Positions 60,089 to 64,000 of a stretch of DNA of 64,000 bases are shown here, piece after piece (the stretch's first letter is position 1; each line of letters starts with the position of its first letter). The position numbers and the translations under genes are program-made. The stretch spans positions 34,348,001 to 34,412,000 of the forward strand of contig NC_043009.1 in NCBI RefSeq assembly GCF_006345805.1, read 5' to 3'. The notes under the pieces are model-generated. The model was not told the DNA's origin and ran no database searches. It saw nothing but the letters and a program-made list of their open reading frames with translations. The DNA comes from Octopus sinensis (taxonomy: Eukaryota).

Positions 60089-61560
60089 TCAACTGTAATA
60101 TTCTTTAGTGACACATATTTTGTTACAGGTGCCATTGTAAGATGAAGACAGATTGTTTGTACCATCGGCATTAGGCATTACATAATTATTATTCGCAGGT
60201 CCTTGGTCATCCTCAAAGGAACTTTTCCAACTCTCTCGCCCAGCAAGCTTGCTTCTATTAATAGATGCAATAATCAAAGCAAAATTAGGCATTACAGAGT
60301 AAGAGAACTTGATTGTTGACTTGTTGCAAATACTATAGTATTTATGATTCCTTGGGAAGTTCTCCTTCAGAATTCTAAAGAACATTTTTGGTAAGTTCCT
60401 TACTCTAAGGGAGAAAGGGGGAGCGAACCAAATAACTTCCCTTATTCTAGACCGTGAGCCTCCCGTTTTGTTTAACTCCTTGCCAAGGTTATTAATTTTC
60501 TTATACCTGTACCTATTACGAGCATCCCAAAACACATTACTACTCAAAGGCCTCTTATTATTGCAGGTAGGTGGTTCTCTGCATTTATTCATAGTATTTG
60601 TGACGTGCTTAAATGGCAAACCAGCCATTTTGTTTTTGAGTCTAGTATTAAGGATATAAAATATTTTAGTTTTGAATCCACTTAACTTTAGGGCATTATT
60701 ATATACCGGTGCATGCTGTTCAAAAATTTCTTCATTCGCAGATAAATTAGATATTCTAGTTGAAATCGCAGTAATGATGCTGTCTATTGTAGATTTTGGG
60801 TGATTGGATGATACATTAATATATGATATGGATTTATTAGGCTTACAAAAGGGATAATAGAGACCGGTATTTAAACACAAGGTAACATCCAAAAAATTCA
60901 CCACCCTAGAATTAATGTCGAAGATGATATCAAGATTTTAAAAAATCCCTCAAGAAGCTTCTCAGTGATTTCTTTAATCTATTCAATGCCGTCTTAGAGA
61001 GGCCTGGCATGGCAAAAAGGGCATCATCTCTATACAATCCACCAGTGAGAGGAGGGAAGTTTTTCTTAATCTCTGAGAGTAGATATAAGCCAACTAAGTC
61101 AGTCACCTGTGCAGAATCTGAGGACCCCATGGTTATATCAAAAAAATTAGTTGAGTTGGCTCTCTGCCAATCACTCTCATTATAGGAGATAAGTGTTTCC
61201 CTTGCCGCCAAAATTACCCCTATATCAGACTTAAGTATCTCTACAAACCTTCTTGCAAAAATTAAGGCTTTGTTTAACAAGATAGGGCTATAATAATTCA
61301 AAATGTCGAATTGTATGAAATTAGGCTTAGGTTTATCTTTGAGAGAGTCAAACCAAAGTATCACATTCTCAGTTCCTTTTCCCTCACAATTGGGATAATA
61401 CCATCGATAATAGATTTGCTGATTCTACCCAAATCAGACTTTGTCAGGCATATCAATCTAATCGAAGGATTAGATAAAAAATCAGATTTATGGTCCTTCA
61501 ATAAAGCATGGGGTGTATTTGGACCCTGGCTTTTAACAATAGGTTTCCCTTATCTTGAAA
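60089..61560 (-). mobile_element. Penelope-like element, fragmented RT ORF
   Basis: LLKDHKSDF, FIQFDILNYY, FFDITMGSSDSAQVTDLVGLYLL, GLYRDD, NFLDVTL..YYPFCKPN..SNHP, VIWFAPPFS. Frameshifted. Confidence 0.88.
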
Positions 61561-63001
61561 AGTAATTTTTAATTGAAAAAATTTCTAAACAATGAACTTT
61601 TATCTTACCTTATATATTATTTATTTATATGTTTCTTATACATATGTACTTTTATATTTTTATATATCCATATATTTATAAATTTCTTTATATTTTTATG
61701 TATTTATTATTCTAGATGTTGTAATGTTAAAAAATATATTTTTTTTCGTCGCTAAATCATTAACTTTTAACCACGATGAACTGTATTCACACATTTTTCT
61801 TATATGCTTGTATTGATGAGTTGTGTTTCATCTTCCGTGATTTTATGCATGTATATTCTATGTGAAAGAAAAAGCATTATGTGATTAAATGTTCGAGATA
61901 TGAAATGTTACGTGGATGACCTTATATTTGTCTGTTCTGCAACCATAGCATAATATATTTGTCTCATTTAATTGAGCACTTCTATAGCAGTCCTACTAAA
62001 CATTTTGTTCCTGATAAGAAACAATCACTTTATTATTGATATATATATATATACATACATACATACACACACACATGTATATATGTTTGTGTGAGTAGCA
62101 CACAAACATATACAGAAGGTGCAACAAGGTATGATGCATTTCCTATTTCCCAGATGAAACTCCTGATGTTTACTTTTAAACTTACACACCCTAATCTCTC
62201 ACTCTCTCACCCTACCATTTCTCCCTCCCTCATTGCAGCCTCTTCATCTCTCAACTTGGTCTTCAACACTGACAGAATTGAAGATTGTAATGAGAGATCT
62301 AACAGACATACAACTAACATTTCTCAGTTGTGACCATGCCTAGGCATAGTGCATGTTGGGCGACATCATCTAAGGTGCCCTTCTCTTTTTAAGACAGTAG
62401 GATTTGGCTACAATTTCCAAATGGTTAAGCAGCTACACTGAAGCATTTTGCTTTGCTGTGGAGATTTGATTTTGTTTTATTGCCATGGTAGTGGTACTGA
62501 AATGGGCCAGACAATAAAACTTTGTGTAAACATGTTTACGTATATGTGTGTATATGTAGAGGGAGCAAGTATGTGGGTGTGTATGTATCTGTTGTTAGTT
62601 GAATTAGTATTTTTGTTGTTTTTAAAATATATTTTGGCATCTAAATGGACCAAACAATGAAACTTTGTGTTAGTGCGTGTGCATGTGTGTGAGTGTGTAT
62701 ATGTATGCATGTGTGTGTATATGTATAAGTGTGTGCATTTATGTTGCTGATATTTGTGTTAGTGTGTAGTTAGATATTTGCTGAAATGCAGGTCTGTGGA
62801 AACAGGAGGCACATGGGTGGGGGTGGGGGGACTGTGAGAAAACTGTGTGGAAAAACTTGAGATGATGGATGGGTGGATAGAAAGGAAGATGGAGAGAGAG
62901 AGGAGGAGGAAGCAAAAGACAGTTGAATAAGAAAGAAATTGGGGAAGAAAGAGAGAAAACAGAGAGGAAGAAAAAACTGTGGGGAGAGTATATATATGTA
63001 T

Positions 63002-63054
<53 letters not shown>

Positions 63055-63469
63055 CCAAACATGAAAACACAACAACACGAGGACGTGGAACAAATATAGT
63101 ATTATTGGACGCTCAGGAAGGAAGGGAAGAAAGAGGGTTTTACGTTTCGAGCGGAGATCTACGTCAGAAACATAGGAAAAGGAAAGATCCAGAGATGGAA
63201 AGACGGAGGAAAAAAAAAAAAAATCGCCAACGGTACACACGTGGTCCCCCCAAAACAAACACAAGAAAAAAAAACAACAACGCGAATATGTGGTACATGC
63301 AAAGTATTAGCAGACACTCAGGGAAGGAAGGAAAGGTAGTTTTACATTTCAAGCAAAGCTCTTTGTCAGAAAAAGGAGATGAAGGATAAAAGTCACCAAC
63401 GATCCACATGTGTTTACATTTTGAAATAACTGGAAGGGAATGGGTGAAGAAAAAGTTTCTAAGAAAAGG

Positions 63470-64000
63470 AGGTATGTGTGTGTGTGTGCATGTGTGCAAG
63501 TCTGTGTGTGTGTGTGGTGTTGGCTGTTTATATGTGTATGTCTGAATGAACTTTGTGTCTCTTAATGTTGTAGGAAGAATTCAGCAGCATGATTAACAGG
63601 AGTGGTGGTCTTTTGTGTAGTTGTGTGTTTCTTCACATGTAATTAGAGGAATGGTCAGTAGAAAGGTGTTTGACTGGCAGTTTGAAGTATGTGTGTGCGT
63701 GTGTATTTATGTTTGTGCATGTATGTATATGTTGTATGTGTGTTTTGTGTGTGCATGTGTATATGTGCGTGTATATGCATGTGTGTATGCCCTGTATGTG
63801 TAATTATGTGCGTGTATGTATGTGTTGTGTGTGTGGGAAGTATATGTGCATTCATGTGTGTATGTACGTGGGGTTGTGTTTGGTGCATCTGTATATGTGT
63901 GTATGCATGTGTGTGTGTGTATGTGTGTGTGTCTGTATGTGGGGTTGTGTGTGGAGGTATATGTGCATTCCTGTGCGTGTATGTGCATGTAGTTGTGTGT
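63470..64000. repeat. Degenerate (TG)n/(TATG)n simple-repeat field
   Basis: Low-complexity sequence seen directly. Confidence 0.9.

Overview
AT-rich, microsatellite- and repeat-dense eukaryotic DNA. The repeat families and intron style suggest an octopod cephalopod; this is inference, not database-checked. The window holds one protein-coding gene on the minus strand, a Tec/Btk-family non-receptor tyrosine kinase (PH-TH-SH3-SH2-kinase). I reconstructed 15 phase-consistent exons from 57899 down to the stop at 7166 (1629 nt, 542 aa plus stop); the N-terminal PH exons lie beyond the window. One SH3 intron is a 195-nt GC-AG intron made mostly of a (TC)n microsatellite. The kinase keeps all catalytic motifs but has atypical residues (Leu gatekeeper, P-loop Cys, KLPVKW, RYSF) and no TH-SH3 proline-rich motif. 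The introns are filled with decayed elements: tRNA-derived SINEs, Penelope-like, RTE, CR1/L2, R4/Dong-like, Gypsy, maT DD37D, Tigger, hAT, piggyBac-type MITEs and Helitrons. The most striking hidden signal is a set of small non-coding modules, bounded by (TA)n tracts and inverted repeats, that carry type I hammerhead ribozyme folds. One is fully canonical (18452-18545, antisense to the gene) and sits in a 457-bp terminally redundant, retrozyme-like unit. Every copy lying sense to the kinase pre-mRNA has a catalytic-core lesion. All coordinates were read by hand; TE boundaries are approximate unless TSDs are cited.
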